64,000 bases of DNA from NCBI GenBank assembly GCA_965202805.1, contig OZ241869.1:3584001-3648000 (forward strand), in the 5' to 3' direction. Of the stretch, positions 55,390-64,000 are shown in pieces. The position numbers and the translations under genes were made by a program. This stretch comes from Longimicrobiales bacterium (GTDB taxonomy: Bacteria; Gemmatimonadota; Gemmatimonadetes; Longimicrobiales; Gaopeijiaceae). Below the pieces are notes generated by a model. It did no database searches. It worked only from the letters and a program-made list of their open reading frames with translations, and had not been told where the DNA came from. Position 1 is the first letter of the stretch, and each line of letters starts with the position of its first letter.

Positions 55390-58300
55390 ATGAAACACAA
55401 CCAATGTCCAACACGTAGGGTATGGGGCGCCTTCGTGCTCTCCCTGCTGGCCGTCAGCCTGGCCTTCGCGCCCGGTCTGAGCGCCCAGCAGGGAGGAGTC
55501 ATCACGGGCCGCGTCACGGAGGAAGGCTCCGGTCGCGCCCTTGCCTCCGCCCAGGTGTACGTCGAGGGAGCCGGCATCGGGACCCTCACCAACTCCAGCG
55601 GGCAGTTTCTGCTGCTCAACGCCCCCGTAGGCGAGCACACGGTCACCGTCGAGCTGGTCGGCTACCGTTCGGCCTCGCAGACAGTGACGGTGGGGGCGGG
55701 CGAGACGGCCAGCGTGGACTTCGCCATCGCCGTGACCGCGCTCGCTCTCGACGAGATCGTGGTGACCGGAACCGGCGTGGCCACCGAGAAGCGCAAGCTC
55801 GGCCACACCATAGCCACGCTCGATGCCGCCGAACTCGAGAACGCGCCCATCGCCGACTTCAGCCAGCTCATCGCCGGCCGCGAGCCCGGCGTGGTGGCGC
55901 TTCCATCCTCGGGCTACACGGGCGAGGGCGCGCGCATCCGCATCCGCGGGTCGGCCTCCCTCTCGCAGCTCAACGAGCCCATCGTCTACGTCGACGGAAT
56001 CAGGGTGGACCGCTCCGCCGTGCAGAACTTCAACGGCCAGGGCAACCCGTCCCGCCTGGACGACATTCCTCCCGAGTCCATCGAACGGGTCGAGATCCTG
56101 AAGGGCGCCGCCGCCGCGACCCTCTACGGAACCGAGGCCTCCAACGGCGTGATCCAGATCTTCACCAAGCGCGGCAACGTCGGCGCTCCGCGCTTCACCT
56201 TCCAGAGCGACCTGACCGGGATCTCGGTGCCGACCAACCGCATCCTGCCGGTTGCGGACTTCGCCGGGCGGGTATGCGCCAGCCCCGGATGCACCGGAGA
56301 CGGTGACGCCAAGAGGCTGGCCGATGCAGTGAGCCGGATGTCGACGCGCTGGGGACAGTCGGTCTCGCCATGGGAGCCGGTCCAGCGCGACCTCATCCCC
56401 GAGCTCCTCACCACCGGTTTCGGCCAGACCTACTCCGGGTCGGTGCAGGGCGGTTCCAGCGTCTTCCAGTACTTCGCCTCGGCGCGCCTCGCCAGGGAGG
56501 ACGGTCCCTACGACGCCGGGCGGAACTTCGAGGCGGTGGAGGGAGTCGAGCCCGAGAACGACACCAACCGGCGGGCTTCGATCCATTCGAACTTCACGGT
56601 GGTCCCGAACGACAATCTCCGCATTGGCGTCACCACGCTCTATTCGGACATGGAGCACCACACGCCCGACAACTCCAACAACATCTACGGGGTGTTCTCG
56701 TCCGCGCTCATGTCGCAGCCGCGGCTCGCCAACGCCGATCCGAACCTGGGGCAGATCAACTACTACGGTCAGCCGGCGTTCGCCACGCTGCGCGAAAACG
56801 CGTACCAGTTGAACTTCGTGAACTCGCAACACTTCGCGGGTGCCACCAACATCAACTTCACGCCGACCGAGAACTTCCGCCTCGACGGAACCTTCGGCAT
56901 CGACTTCACCTCCGACGACGCGGTGTCCTTCCGGCCCTACCGCTGGAACGTGGACGGCTTCTCGGGCTCGACGCCGGACGGCAGCAGGAACGTCAACGAG
57001 GACCGCAGCCGCGAGATCACGGCGGACGTCAAGGGATCCTACATCTTCAACACCGACCGGATCGAGAACACGTTCCTCTTCGGTGGCCAGGGCTTCCTCC
57101 GGCAGCGGCAGTCGGCGGGCGGCAGCGGACGCGATTTCCCCGGTCCGGGTCTGGAGACGCTGTCGGCGCTCGGTTCCGAGTCTTCCTACGAGAACTGGCT
57201 CCGGGTCACGCAGATCGGCGGATACCTGCAGGACCAGGTCGGGTGGGACAACTGGCTCTTCCTGACCGTCGGCGCGCGCTGGGACGCGAACTCGGCGTTC
57301 GGTGAGGCGTTCAACTACGCCTTCTATCCGAAGGCCAACTTCGCGGTCGTGCCGAGCGAAATGTGGGAGAGCGAGACCTTCTCCTCGCTGCGCATCAAGG
57401 GCGCGTACGGCACCTCCGGGCTGCAGCCGGGCGCCTTCGACAAGTTCACGACCTTCTCGTCGCTGGGTACCGAGGTGGGTCCGGGCGTCCAGCCCTCCAA
57501 CCTGGGCAACGACCAGTTGAAGCCCGAAGTGTCGACCGAGTGGGAGTTCGGTGCCGATCTGGGGCTCTTCAACGACCTGTGGTCGGTGGAAGCGACGTAT
57601 TGGGACCGGACGGTTACCGACGCCATGGTGGCGCGCCAGTTCCCGGTGACGGGCGGGTTCACGCAGACCCAGCTCGACAACATCGGCCAGGTAAAGGCGT
57701 CCGGGTTCGAGGTCGGCGTTCGCGGGGCCCTGGTCCAGCGGCCGGGTCTCTCGCTGAACGTCTTCGCCAACACCGCCTACCTCAAGGAAGAGATCACCGA
57801 CATGGGCGGTGCTCCTCCCCTCAAGACCGGCGGCAGCTACCCGCGCTACCGCAACTTCCTGACCGAGGGCTACACGCCCGGGGCCTTCTTCGGGGCAAGG
57901 GTCGCTGACCTGGAAATCCCGCTGAACATCCTCGCGCCGGTCAACGGCGAGTGCGTAGCTCCCACGCGCCAGCAGGCCCTCGATTACTTCAGCAAGCCCC
58001 GCAATCCGAACAGCTTCAAGCCGCTCGCGATCGGCAACGAGACCTTCGGTACGCCGAACGGCGGTCTGGCGTCGCACAACTGCGGCTCCGGGCTCCTTGA
58101 CACCTATCTCGGCAAGCCCACCCCGGATTTCGCCGGTTCCTTCGGGTTCAACCTGGCGTTCCTGGGCAATTTCGAACTCAGCTCGCTGCTCGAGTACAAG
58201 ATCGGTCACCAGGTGCAGGACCTCTCGGGGATGTTCCGCCGCGCCAACAACTTCATCGGCCGCAACACGCCGCGCTCCGCAGAGCTCTACGCGGCCATGC

Positions 58301-58674
58301 TGAACCCGGGCTCGTCCGCCGAACAGCGGCTCGAGGCCGCGATCGCCTGGGCCCACGAAGTCGAAGGCCTCTCCCCGATGAGCGGGATGAACGGGGTCTA
58401 CGACGCCGACTGGATCCAGTGGCGCGAGCTGTCGCTCACCTACCGGGTGCCGGCGTCGATCGTAGAGGGCTGGGGCCTCTCCACCGCCACGGTGAACCTG
58501 GGTGTGCGCAACATGAGGCTCTTCATGCTGGGCGACTACCCCGGCATGGACCCCGAGGGCAACGTGCTCGGACGGTGCAACTCGGGCCTAAGCTGCAACT
58601 TCCTGGACTCGACGGAAGGCTGGGGCATTCCGGTGCCGCGGCGCTTCACGCTGTCCACGCGCTTCACGTTCTGA
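55390..58674 (+). CDS. SusC/RagA-type TonB-dependent receptor
   Basis: Signal peptide, ITGRVT, LDEIVVTG, IRIRG..S, IERVEILKGAAAATLYG.EASNGVIQIFTK, LGN..LKPE, C-terminal Phe. Confidence 0.93.
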   Translation: MKHNQCPTRRVWGAFVLSLLAVSLAFAPGLSAQQGGVITGRVTEEGSGRALASAQVYVEGAGIGTLTNSSGQFLLLNAPVGEHTVTVELVGYRSASQTVTVGAGETASVDFAIAVTALALDEIVVTGTGVATEKRKLGHTIATLDAAELENAPIADFSQLIAGREPGVVALPSSGYTGEGARIRIRGSASLSQLNEPIVYVDGIRVDRSAVQNFNGQGNPSRLDDIPPESIERVEILKGAAAATLYGTEASNGVIQIFTKRGNVGAPRFTFQSDLTGISVPTNRILPVADFAGRVCASPGCTGDGDAKRLADAVSRMSTRWGQSVSPWEPVQRDLIPELLTTGFGQTYSGSVQGGSSVFQYFASARLAREDGPYDAGRNFEAVEGVEPENDTNRRASIHSNFTVVPNDNLRIGVTTLYSDMEHHTPDNSNNIYGVFSSALMSQPRLANADPNLGQINYYGQPAFATLRENAYQLNFVNSQHFAGATNINFTPTENFRLDGTFGIDFTSDDAVSFRPYRWNVDGFSGSTPDGSRNVNEDRSREITADVKGSYIFNTDRIENTFLFGGQGFLRQRQSAGGSGRDFPGPGLETLSALGSESSYENWLRVTQIGGYLQDQVGWDNWLFLTVGARWDANSAFGEAFNYAFYPKANFAVVPSEMWESETFSSLRIKGAYGTSGLQPGAFDKFTTFSSLGTEVGPGVQPSNLGNDQLKPEVSTEWEFGADLGLFNDLWSVEATYWDRTVTDAMVARQFPVTGGFTQTQLDNIGQVKASGFEVGVRGALVQRPGLSLNVFANTAYLKEEITDMGGAPPLKTGGSYPRYRNFLTEGYTPGAFFGARVADLEIPLNILAPVNGECVAPTRQQALDYFSKPRNPNSFKPLAIGNETFGTPNGGLASHNCGSGLLDTYLGKPTPDFAGSFGFNLAFLGNFELSSLLEYKIGHQVQDLSGMFRRANNFIGRNTPRSAELYAAMLNPGSSAEQRLEAAIAWAHEVEGLSPMSGMNGVYDADWIQWRELSLTYRVPASIVEGWGLSTATVNLGVRNMRLFMLGDYPGMDPEGNVLGRCNSGLSCNFLDSTEGWGIPVPRRFTLSTRFTF

Positions 58675-58690
58675 TCCAGGAGAGAGACTC

Positions 58691-60019
58691 ATGAAGAACC
58701 GAAACATCAAGGCTTGGGTCGCACCCCTTCTGGTCGCGTTCGCGCTCGGAGGTTGCGACATCCTGGACGTCAACAACCCCAACAGCCTCGTTGAGGAGGA
58801 CATCCGTTCGGAAGCCGCCGCCTCCGCGGTGGTCAACGGGTCGCTCACCCTCGTCTCGTCGTCTGTTTCCCAGTCCTGGCAGCCGTACCTGGTCGCTTCC
58901 GACGAGATGCGCTGGATCGGGTCCAGGGACGCCTGGCTTTCGCTCGATCTGGGCTTCGTGGACGACCCGCTGAACGAGTTCATCGACGGCCCGTTCCCCG
59001 CCATGGGACAGGGGCGGTGGATGAGCGACGAGGCGATCGAAATCCTCACCGAACACCAGGCGAACAACCCCTCCACCGGGATCAAGACCGATCTGGCGCG
59101 CGCGTACCTCTACTCGGGCATCATGTACATGGTGATCGGGGAGATCCAGGAGGACTTCGCGTTCTCGGACAAGACGGAGAGCGGCGCCCCCATCGGGCCC
59201 GACAACATGTATCAGGTCCTGGATGGGGCGATCGAGAGGTTTTCGACCGCCATTTCCGGCTTCAACGAGGTCGGGGCGACCGAGATGGCGCTCCAGGCCA
59301 AGGCCCTGCGGGCGCGGGCCCGGCAGTCCCGGGCGATCTGGGACGTGATCAACCCGTCGCCCTCCGGGGACGGGCTGGTGTCGTCCACCGAGGCCGGCGC
59401 GGACGCCGCTGACGTGCTTGCCAACGTCGCCGCGGACTGGACCTTCAACCTGACGTTCTCGAGCGCCAGCCGGTCCAATTCGATGGCCTCCTGGGTCAAC
59501 GACCGCAAGGAGAACCAGATCGACCTGTCGATCGCGACCGTGGACGACCAGAACGACATCAACGGCATCGCGCTGCAGGATCCCATCGACGGCGTCGACG
59601 ATCCGGCGGTCATCAAGTGGCTGAACCAGTGGAAGGGCGGCAGCTACCTGGACAAGGGCGGCATCTATCCGCCATTGACGCTGGCCTCGGCCCGGATGAT
59701 GCATCTGATTCTGGCCGAGAACGCGCTCAAGAGCATGGACTCGAGCGCTTTTGCGACGCATATCAACCACATTCGCGCGCTTGACGGCCTGACGCCGTAC
59801 GACGGCCAGATCTCCGAAATGGAGATGCTCCAGCACACGCGCCGCGTGAACGTGATGCTGCAAGGCCTGCGGCTGGCGGACATGTACCGCTGGGGGATCA
59901 AGGATCCGAAGTGGCAGGGTGCTTCCGCCGCCTCGGGGAGCCCCGGTACCATGCTCCCGATCTCGATCATCGAGATCAGGGCCAACTGCCACCTGAACGG
60001 GCTGGGCTGCGGCGGCTGA
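58691..60019 (+). CDS. SusD/RagB-like lipoprotein
   Basis: Lipobox LGGCD.LDV.NPN; helical body; G.RL.DMYR..LPI...E..AN C-terminus; directly downstream of SusC. Confidence 0.85.
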   Translation: MKNRNIKAWVAPLLVAFALGGCDILDVNNPNSLVEEDIRSEAAASAVVNGSLTLVSSSVSQSWQPYLVASDEMRWIGSRDAWLSLDLGFVDDPLNEFIDGPFPAMGQGRWMSDEAIEILTEHQANNPSTGIKTDLARAYLYSGIMYMVIGEIQEDFAFSDKTESGAPIGPDNMYQVLDGAIERFSTAISGFNEVGATEMALQAKALRARARQSRAIWDVINPSPSGDGLVSSTEAGADAADVLANVAADWTFNLTFSSASRSNSMASWVNDRKENQIDLSIATVDDQNDINGIALQDPIDGVDDPAVIKWLNQWKGGSYLDKGGIYPPLTLASARMMHLILAENALKSMDSSAFATHINHIRALDGLTPYDGQISEMEMLQHTRRVNVMLQGLRLADMYRWGIKDPKWQGASAASGSPGTMLPISIIEIRANCHLNGLGCGG

Positions 60020-60024
60020 GACAA

Positions 60025-60060
60025 GGTGGGGCACCCCGTCTCGCGCGGGGTGCCCCCACC
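60025..60060 (+). terminator. Strong stem-loop after susD (terminator or mRNA stabiliser)
   Basis: GGTGGGGCACCCCG-loop-CGGGGTGCCCCCACC; no long U tract. Confidence 0.55.
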
Positions 60061-60113
60061 GCTTCCGTTCTTCGCCGGTGTCACACAGGTCTGCCGTGAG
60101 TCGCGCATCCACA

Positions 60114-60539
60114 GTGAAGAAGCTGCTCGTCGCCGTTGCGCTGGTCGCAGTCTCGGGTTGCGATATCTTCGACGACCCGACGCCTCGCAACATCTTCTTC
60201 GAGATGAACGGCGAAGCGGGCCAGCAGTTGCGGGTCATCTATTCGACGCAGTTCGTGGCCGGTGTGAACGACATCGGAGTTACGAGGGTGCAGGTAGTCA
60301 GGTCCGACACGATCCTGCACGAGATCCCGTTCGACAGGGTGGTCGATATTTCGATCGATCGTCGCTGGTTCGTGCAGGCGGAGTCGCTGGGCTCCGAGCC
60401 GATCGACGTCCACGTGATCGTGGACGTGGACGACCGCAACCTCCTGAACGAATCCGGTGGCATATTCCCCGGTGATCCCTGGCACTTCGTGTACGCCTTC
60501 AACCAGTTGCTTACGCGTGATATCGATGTGGCGTTCTGA
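60114..60539 (+). CDS. Hypothetical lipoprotein
   Basis: MKKLLVAVALVAVSGC lipobox; start could be 60096. Confidence 0.75.
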   Translation: MKKLLVAVALVAVSGCDIFDDPTPRNIFFEMNGEAGQQLRVIYSTQFVAGVNDIGVTRVQVVRSDTILHEIPFDRVVDISIDRRWFVQAESLGSEPIDVHVIVDVDDRNLLNESGGIFPGDPWHFVYAFNQLLTRDIDVAF

Positions 60540-60561
60540 CCCGTTCGGCGCGTTGCGCCGC

Positions 60562-61047
60562 ATGCTCCTGGCGGCTCTGCTTTGCGGCATGCCACTCGTT
60601 TCCGGCTGCTACACCTACCGTCTGGTGGAGGAGGCGCCGGTCGGCTCCGTGGCCCGGCTGCGCGTACCGATCCAGTCCGCGATCGTCGATCCCAACTCGC
60701 CGCCGGAGACCGTGGCCATCGAGGGGCTGATCATCAGCTTCGGGGACACCATCTCGTTCGAGGCCAGCAACCGGCAGGTGATCGGCGCCTTCCGCGAAGT
60801 CGTGCAGTACGACACCCTGCAGGTGGCCCGCGACGGTCTCGCAAGCATCGAGGTGCGGGAATTCTCGAGGACGCGGAGCGTTGTGCTCGGCGTCGCAGTG
60901 GCCGCCGGAACCGCGGGACTGGCCCTCGCCGCGCTCGGTGTCGAAGGCGGGGAAGCCGGGGACCGTCCCGGCGAGGGAGGCACCCAGAGCTTCACTGCGG
61001 GCCTTGCCGTCGGCGTGGGTGCGATCGGGAGATTGTTCGGGCGCTAG
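60562..61047 (+). CDS. Hypothetical lipoprotein with C-terminal hydrophobic helix
   Basis: LVSGCYTY lipobox; start could be 60526. Confidence 0.7.
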   Translation: MLLAALLCGMPLVSGCYTYRLVEEAPVGSVARLRVPIQSAIVDPNSPPETVAIEGLIISFGDTISFEASNRQVIGAFREVVQYDTLQVARDGLASIEVREFSRTRSVVLGVAVAAGTAGLALAALGVEGGEAGDRPGEGGTQSFTAGLAVGVGAIGRLFGR

Positions 61048-61249
61048 CTCCGAGTCTCTTCGCGTAGCGCGCCGTAGCTTTCCGGCCTGGGCCGCTGGGC
61101 CCCCGGCGAACCCCTGGCCTTCACGGATGAATCGGGTCGCGTTAGCTTTTAATGCTGCACGGGGGATGCCTCCCCTGTGGCACAGCCGCTACAAAGTCGT
61201 ACAAAATCGATAACGCTTCTCGGCCGAACCGCGCCTGAGGAGGTGGACC

Positions 61250-61600
61250 ATGGCCGATCTGCTGCAGGAACTCGACAGGGAGCATGTGCGCACCGACCTT
61301 CCGGACTTCGGCGCGGGCGACACGGTACGCGTGCGCTACCGGGTTCGGGAGGGCCGCAAGGAGCGCATCCAGGTTTTCGAGGGCGTGTGCCTTGCCCGGC
61401 GCGGCGGGGGCATGGGCGAGACCTTCACCGTGCGCAAGATCTCCGGGGGTATCGGAGTGGAGCGCATCTTCCCCTACCTGTCGCCCTGGATCGAGGGCAT
61501 CGAAATCGTGCGGCGGGGGCGCGTGCGTCGGGCGAAGCTCTACTACTTGCGCGGCTTGCGGGGCAAAGCGGCGCGCATTCCAGAGAAGCGCACCCGCTGA
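61250..61600 (+). CDS. rplS: 50S ribosomal protein L19
   Basis: F..GDTVRV...[39 protein letters not shown]. Confidence 0.97.
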   Translation: MADLLQELDREHVRTDLPDFGAGDTVRVRYRVREGRKERIQVFEGVCLARRGGGMGETFTVRKISGGIGVERIFPYLSPWIEGIEIVRRGRVRRAKLYYLRGLRGKAARIPEKRTR

Positions 61601-61613
61601 CGCCACGCCGGCG

Positions 61614-62288
61614 ATGACGCCGGAACAGAACGTTGATTCGGGGCTCCGGATCCCGCTCGGCTACGAGCGCGGGTTCTGGAGCCGCGGTCTTTTCGGGGTC
61701 GCGGGCGTGGACGAAGCGGGCCGGGGGCCGCTGGCGGGGCCGGTGATGGCCGCTGCCGTGGTGTTGCCCCGGGGCGTCGGCGTGGAGGGGGCGGACGACT
61801 CGAAGCGGGTCTCGCGGGAGGAACGCGAGGAGGTGGCGCGGCGCGTTCGCGAGCACGCCGTGGCCGTGGCCGTGGGGGCCGCCTCCGCGCGCGAGATCGA
61901 CGGCATCAACATCCTGCGGGCGACGGCGCGTGCCATGGAGCGGGCGATTCGCCGCCTGCCGAAGCGGCCCGACCACGTCGTAGTGGACGGCCTGCCGGTG
62001 CGCGACCTTCCCTGGGAGCACGATGCGGTGGTGGGCGGCGACGGTCTGGTGCACTCGATCGCCTGCGCCTCCATTGTGGCCAAGGTGTGCCGCGACCGGC
62101 TCATGATCCGCCTCGCGCGCCGATATCCGGAGTACGGATGGGACCGGAACATGGGGTACGGCACGGAGGAACACCGCGCCGCCATCCGGCGTTTCGGCCC
62201 CACCCCGCATCACCGGATGACCTTCGGGCTGGAGCAGCTGGAACTCGGAATGGGGCGAGGGAAGGCAGCGCCGGCCACGTCGGCGTAG
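61614..62288 (+). CDS. rnhB: Ribonuclease HII
   Basis: [38 protein letters not shown]. Confidence 0.96.
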   Translation: MTPEQNVDSGLRIPLGYERGFWSRGLFGVAGVDEAGRGPLAGPVMAAAVVLPRGVGVEGADDSKRVSREEREEVARRVREHAVAVAVGAASAREIDGINILRATARAMERAIRRLPKRPDHVVVDGLPVRDLPWEHDAVVGGDGLVHSIACASIVAKVCRDRLMIRLARRYPEYGWDRNMGYGTEEHRAAIRRFGPTPHHRMTFGLEQLELGMGRGKAAPATSA

Positions 62289-62326
62289 ATGGCTCGGAGG
62301 GCGGGCTGCCATGTATTATTGCGGTC

Positions 62327-62399
62327 GAGCCGGTAGCTCAGCTGGCAGAGCAACGGACTTTTAATCCGTAGGTCGTGGGTTCGAGACCCACCCGGCTCA
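62327..62399 (+). tRNA. tRNA-Lys (anticodon TTT)
   Basis: GAGCCGG/CCGGCTC acceptor stem, TAGCTCAG D-arm, anticodon loop CTTTTAA, GGTTCGA T-loop; CCA not encoded. Confidence 0.96.
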
Positions 62400-62444
62400 T
62401 GGGAGAAGACGCCGCGCGGAGATGGGGCGCGGCCGGAAGGACAG

Positions 62445-63461
62445 GTGAAGAAAGGGGGACAGGGGATGGCGATGGCCGCACCCAACCGGAGGAAGAGGAC
62501 CCACCGCGGCGTGTGGGCCGGGCTCGCGGGGCTGCTGCTGACCGGTGTGCTGGGGCTGCTGTTTCTCAGCTTCCGGGAGCCCCCGCTGCCGGAGTTGGCG
62601 CCGGTCGAGGTGAGCTGGGAGCCGGTCGTGCCCGTTCAGGGCCATCTCTTCCTCATCCGCGTGGCGGCGCCGGTCATCGACGGGATGGTGTCGGCCACGG
62701 GAGAGGCCGGCGGCGAGGAGCTGCACTTCCAGCCGGCAGGCCACGTGGTGGAGAGCCCGGCGCCGGTACCGGACGAGGGCGGGGAGACAGCCGCCGACAT
62801 GGTGCTTGTGAGCCTGGCGCCGGTGCCCATCGGGGCCACGGATTCCATCGACGCCTGGGTTACGGCGAGCTACGCCGACGGCCGCACCCGGACCGACTCG
62901 CTGCGCATCGCGATCGTGGGGGGCGAGTACGAGCACGAGCGCCTGACGGTGGCGCCGCGCTTCGGGTCGCCGTTGAACGAGGAGGACCAGGCGCGGCTGC
63001 GGAGCGACCAGGCCAAGGCCAACCAGGTGGCGCGCGAAGCGCACGAGACCCCGCGGCTGTGGGGTCCCGAGGTGGTGCTCCCGCGCGACTCCCGCGTGAC
63101 CAGCGGCTTCGGCACCGGCCGCGAGTACAACGGGCAGATTTCCAGCCGCCACATGGGCCTCGATCTGGCCGGGGCCCCCGGTGACACGGTGCGCGCCCCC
63201 GCCGACGGGGTGGTGGCGCTGGTGGACGGCTTCCTGCTGGCCGGCGACATCGTCTACCTGAACCACGGCGGCGGGTTGCTGACCGGCTACTTCCACCTGA
63301 GCGGGCAACTGGTGGAGGCGGGGGACACGGTCACCGTCGGGACCCCCATCGGGCTGGTCGGAGTCACCGGCCGGGTCACCGGCCCGCACCTGCACTGGGT
63401 GGTGCGGTACGGCACCACCAGCGTCGATCCCCGCAGCCTGCTGGCGCTGTCCGGGAATTGA
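62445..63461 (+). CDS. M23 family metallopeptidase
   Basis: TM anchor; HMGLD, YFHLS, TGRVTGPHLHW; start could be 62466. Confidence 0.92.
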   Translation: MKKGGQGMAMAAPNRRKRTHRGVWAGLAGLLLTGVLGLLFLSFREPPLPELAPVEVSWEPVVPVQGHLFLIRVAAPVIDGMVSATGEAGGEELHFQPAGHVVESPAPVPDEGGETAADMVLVSLAPVPIGATDSIDAWVTASYADGRTRTDSLRIAIVGGEYEHERLTVAPRFGSPLNEEDQARLRSDQAKANQVAREAHETPRLWGPEVVLPRDSRVTSGFGTGREYNGQISSRHMGLDLAGAPGDTVRAPADGVVALVDGFLLAGDIVYLNHGGGLLTGYFHLSGQLVEAGDTVTVGTPIGLVGVTGRVTGPHLHWVVRYGTTSVDPRSLLALSGN

Positions 63462-64000
63462 AGCACCCCGACGTCGTCATCGCCGGCGCCGGCATCATGG
63501 GCGCCTCCTGCGCCTGGCACCTGGCCCGCCGCGGCCTGCGCGTGCTGGTGGCCGAGATGGACGTGGCCCCCGCGATGGGCTCCACCGGCAGGAGCGCCGC
63601 CGGTGTGCGCGTGCAGTTCACCACCGCCGCCAACATCGGGCTTTCCATGTACTCCCTGCCCGTGTACAGGGAGTTTCCGGAGCGTCATGGACACGAAGTC
63701 GGCTACCGGGACATCGGCTACCTGCTTCTGGTCCCGCACGACAAGTGGGAGCGGCACCTGGAGTCGGTCGCGCTGCAGGAGAGCCTGGGCGCCCCCGTGG
63801 AGGTGGTCGATCCGGTCGAGGCCCAGCGCTACGTGGACTTCGACACGGAGGGGCTGGCGGGCACGACCTACGGGCCGTGGGACGGGGTGATCGACCCGCA
63901 CATGGCCACCCACGCCTGGGTGGCGATGGGCCGGGAGCTGGGGGTGCGCTACCGGTTCTCCTCCCCCGTGACCGGGGTGCGGGCGGAAGGGACGGGGTGG
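63458..64000 (+). CDS. FAD-dependent oxidoreductase (DAO/sarcosine oxidase-like), truncated by the window edge
   Basis: TTG start overlapping upstream stop; DVVIAGAGIMGASCAWHLARRG, GSTGRSAAGVRVQF; absent from the ORF track because no stop lies in the window. Confidence 0.88.
   Translation, partial: MKHPDVVIAGAGIMGASCAWHLARRGLRVLVAEMDVAPAMGSTGRSAAGVRVQFTTAANIGLSMYSLPVYREFPERHGHEVGYRDIGYLLLVPHDKWERHLESVALQESLGAPVEVVDPVEAQRYVDFDTEGLAGTTYGPWDGVIDPHMATHAWVAMGRELGVRYRFSSPVTGVRAEGTGW

Noticed and set aside
62327..62399. tRNA-Lys as an integration site for an island
   Set aside because: No integrase and no duplicated tRNA 3' end seen in the window; flanks are core-like genes

Overview
High-GC bacterial chromosomal window. 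Gene content (SusC/SusD pairs, many 6-bladed beta-propeller lipoproteins, gene order) suggests Gemmatimonadota; this is inference only. 1-21 kb is mostly housekeeping and envelope genes: multicopper oxidase and cytochrome c, Zn-free ribosomal proteins L31B and S14, nfo, asd, a probable 6S RNA, PTPS/QueD plus an SDR, acyl-CoA synthetase, cutA, DUF445, a DAACS transporter, a nucleotidyltransferase and an M14 peptidase. About 21-34.4 kb is a visibly more A/T-rich accessory island built on a ~1.6 kb direct duplication (M14 5' half plus a pseudo-receiver/AraC-like regulator). It carries a small secreted 6-Cys peptide gene, a redoxin-like protein, three beta-propeller proteins, a DsbA fragment, a TonB-dependent receptor with partner lipoprotein, and IS110, IS21 and IS630 scars. 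A shared upstream motif links the peptide and receptor operons, making this the best candidate for an undescribed peptide system. 34.5-43.7 kb is a peptidoglycan-salvage cluster (NamZ, NagZ, NagZ-serine hydrolase fusion, SSS transporter, sugar kinase). It is followed by an Rpn nuclease with a likely internal antitoxin start, thrA, hsp20 with a sigma54-type promoter and three palindromes, trpS, a DapA-family gene, purA, ffh-rpsP-rimM-trmD, a SusC/SusD cassette splitting trmD from rplS, rnhB, tRNA-Lys, an M23 peptidase and a truncated FAD oxidoreductase. All family calls come from motif recognition by eye; no database searches were run, and many start codons were adjusted from the ORF track and are approximate.
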